A stretch of 16,127 bases of DNA from Armatimonadota bacterium (lineage in GTDB: Bacteria; Armatimonadota; Hebobacteria; CAIYQO01). This document shows, one piece after another, positions 15,212 through 16,127 of this stretch. The translations under genes were made by a program, and so were the position numbers. The notes under the pieces were generated by a model, which worked only from the letters and a program-made list of their open reading frames with translations, ran no database searches and had not been told where the DNA came from. Within the stretch, counting starts at the first letter, position 1, and each line of letters opens with the position of its first letter. The stretch covers positions 1-16,127 of the forward strand of contig JBBRXO010000065.1 in NCBI GenBank assembly GCA_038248345.1. Direction: 5' to 3'.

Positions 15212-15757
15212 CTACCCCTCTATCCCCAGATCCTTAATCGTGAAGATGGGGTCGAAATGGTAGCCTTTGCTCTCCAGCAATTCGCGCGCGCCGGAGAGAC
15301 GGTCTACCAGCGCGAGGACGCCTACCACGGTGCAGCCCAGCGCCTCAACCGCCTCAATCGCCTGCATAGGGGAGCCACCGGTGGTGACGGTATCCTCTAC
15401 AATGACAACCTTGGCATTGGTGGGCAACGGGCCTTCCACTTGCTTGCCCTTGCCGTGCTCCTTCGCTGCTTTGCGCACCAGGAAAGCGGGCATCGGGTGC
15501 CCCTGCTGGTGCGAGACCACGGCTATGGCCGCCGCGATCGGGTCAGCGCCCATCGTCAGCCCGCCCACCGCCTCCGCTCCCAGCGCCAGCGCCTTCTCAT
15601 ACATCAGCAGACCGGTGAGGTATGCCCCCTCCGGCGAGAGCGTCACCAGCCGGCCATCCAGATAAAAGCTGCTCTCTTTGCCACTTGCCAGCACAAAGTG
15701 CCCGCGCGACAATGCCTGCGTGGCGACTAATTCCAATAAACGTGCTCGATTATCCAT
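15212..15757 (-). CDS. pyrE: Orotate phosphoribosyltransferase
   Basis: GHFVLASGKESSFYLD, GGLTMGADP, VRKAAKEHG, VVIVEDTVTTGGS PRPP motif. Confidence 0.96.
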   Translation of the reverse strand: MDNRARLLELVATQALSRGHFVLASGKESSFYLDGRLVTLSPEGAYLTGLLMYEKALALGAEAVGGLTMGADPIAAAIAVVSHQQGHPMPAFLVRKAAKEHGKGKQVEGPLPTNAKVVIVEDTVTTGGSPMQAIEAVEALGCTVVGVLALVDRLSGARELLESKGYHFDPIFTIKDLGIEG

Positions 15758-15796
15758 TATTTTCCTTCCATTTTAGAACTGATTCAATAGCATATT

Positions 15797-15825
15797 ATTC
15801 TACACCGTATAGAAGATGCCTGCAA
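15797..15825 (-). promoter_or_regulatory. sigma70 promoter for pyrE
   Basis: TTGCAG(15825-15820)-N17-TAGAAT(15802-15797). Confidence 0.55.
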
Positions 15826-15897
15826 AATCCGCCTCCCCATTTGCCAATATCGGCAACAATTGTTACACTTTTCACATTCTACCTTGGGAGGTTTCTC

Positions 15898-16127
15898 ATG
15901 GCTTATAAGATTGCGGTTATTCCGGGCGACGGGATCGGGCCGGAGGTTATTCGCGAGGGGATCAAGGTGCTGAACGTGGCGGCGAAGAAGCACGATATCG
16001 CGCTGGAATACACCTATTTTGACTGGGGTGGCGAGCGCTATCTGGCAACTGGCGAAGTGATGCCGGCGGATGCGCTGGATATCATGCGCGGGTTCGATGC
16101 CATTTATCTCGGCGCCGTCGGGCACCC
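15898..16127 (+). CDS. leuB: 3-isopropylmalate dehydrogenase family protein, 5' part (runs off the window)
   Basis: Hand translation MAYKIAVIPGDGIGPEVIREGIKVL...FDWGGERYLATGEVMP...FDAIYLGAVGH; GGAGG RBS. A tartrate dehydrogenase paralogue cannot be excluded. Confidence 0.8.
   Translation, partial: MAYKIAVIPGDGIGPEVIREGIKVLNVAAKKHDIALEYTYFDWGGERYLATGEVMPADALDIMRGFDAIYLGAVGH

Noticed and set aside
993..15214. Genome-wide TAG reassignment, suggested by the sigma-factor TAG and by nearby back-up stops after TAG in yhbY, mgtE and pyrE
   Set aside because: Six of 13 complete genes end in TAG, several at normal family C-termini, and long genes (909, ~625 and 590 aa) have no internal TAG. TAG behaves as a stop codon.

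Overview
A 16.1-kb bacterial chromosomal segment of mostly housekeeping and carbohydrate genes. In order: tatC, a TIGR04076-like small Cys protein, yhbY, an unusually long uppP, a PRC-barrel/CBS MgtE-like protein, panE, a TIM-barrel sugar isomerase/epimerase, a DUF4380-like protein, an ECF sigma factor interrupted by one in-frame TAG, tRNA-Leu(TAA), a GH38 alpha-mannosidase, an oversized GHMP (galactokinase-like) kinase, a DUF348/G5/3D cell-wall protein, pyrE and the 5' end of a leuB-family gene. The intergenic regions are rich in REP/MITE-like palindromes, including a 199-bp near-perfect palindrome at the window start. The most notable points are the amber-split ECF sigma factor with its own ECF-type promoter, an MgtE whose pore signature residues appear lost, a UppP with a ~150-aa C-terminal extension, the atypical kinase next to a GH38 gene with a structured leader, and the nested REP palindrome overlapping a leaderless tatC promoter. 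All family calls come from motif recognition by eye; no database searches were run. No complete novel multi-gene system could be demonstrated.
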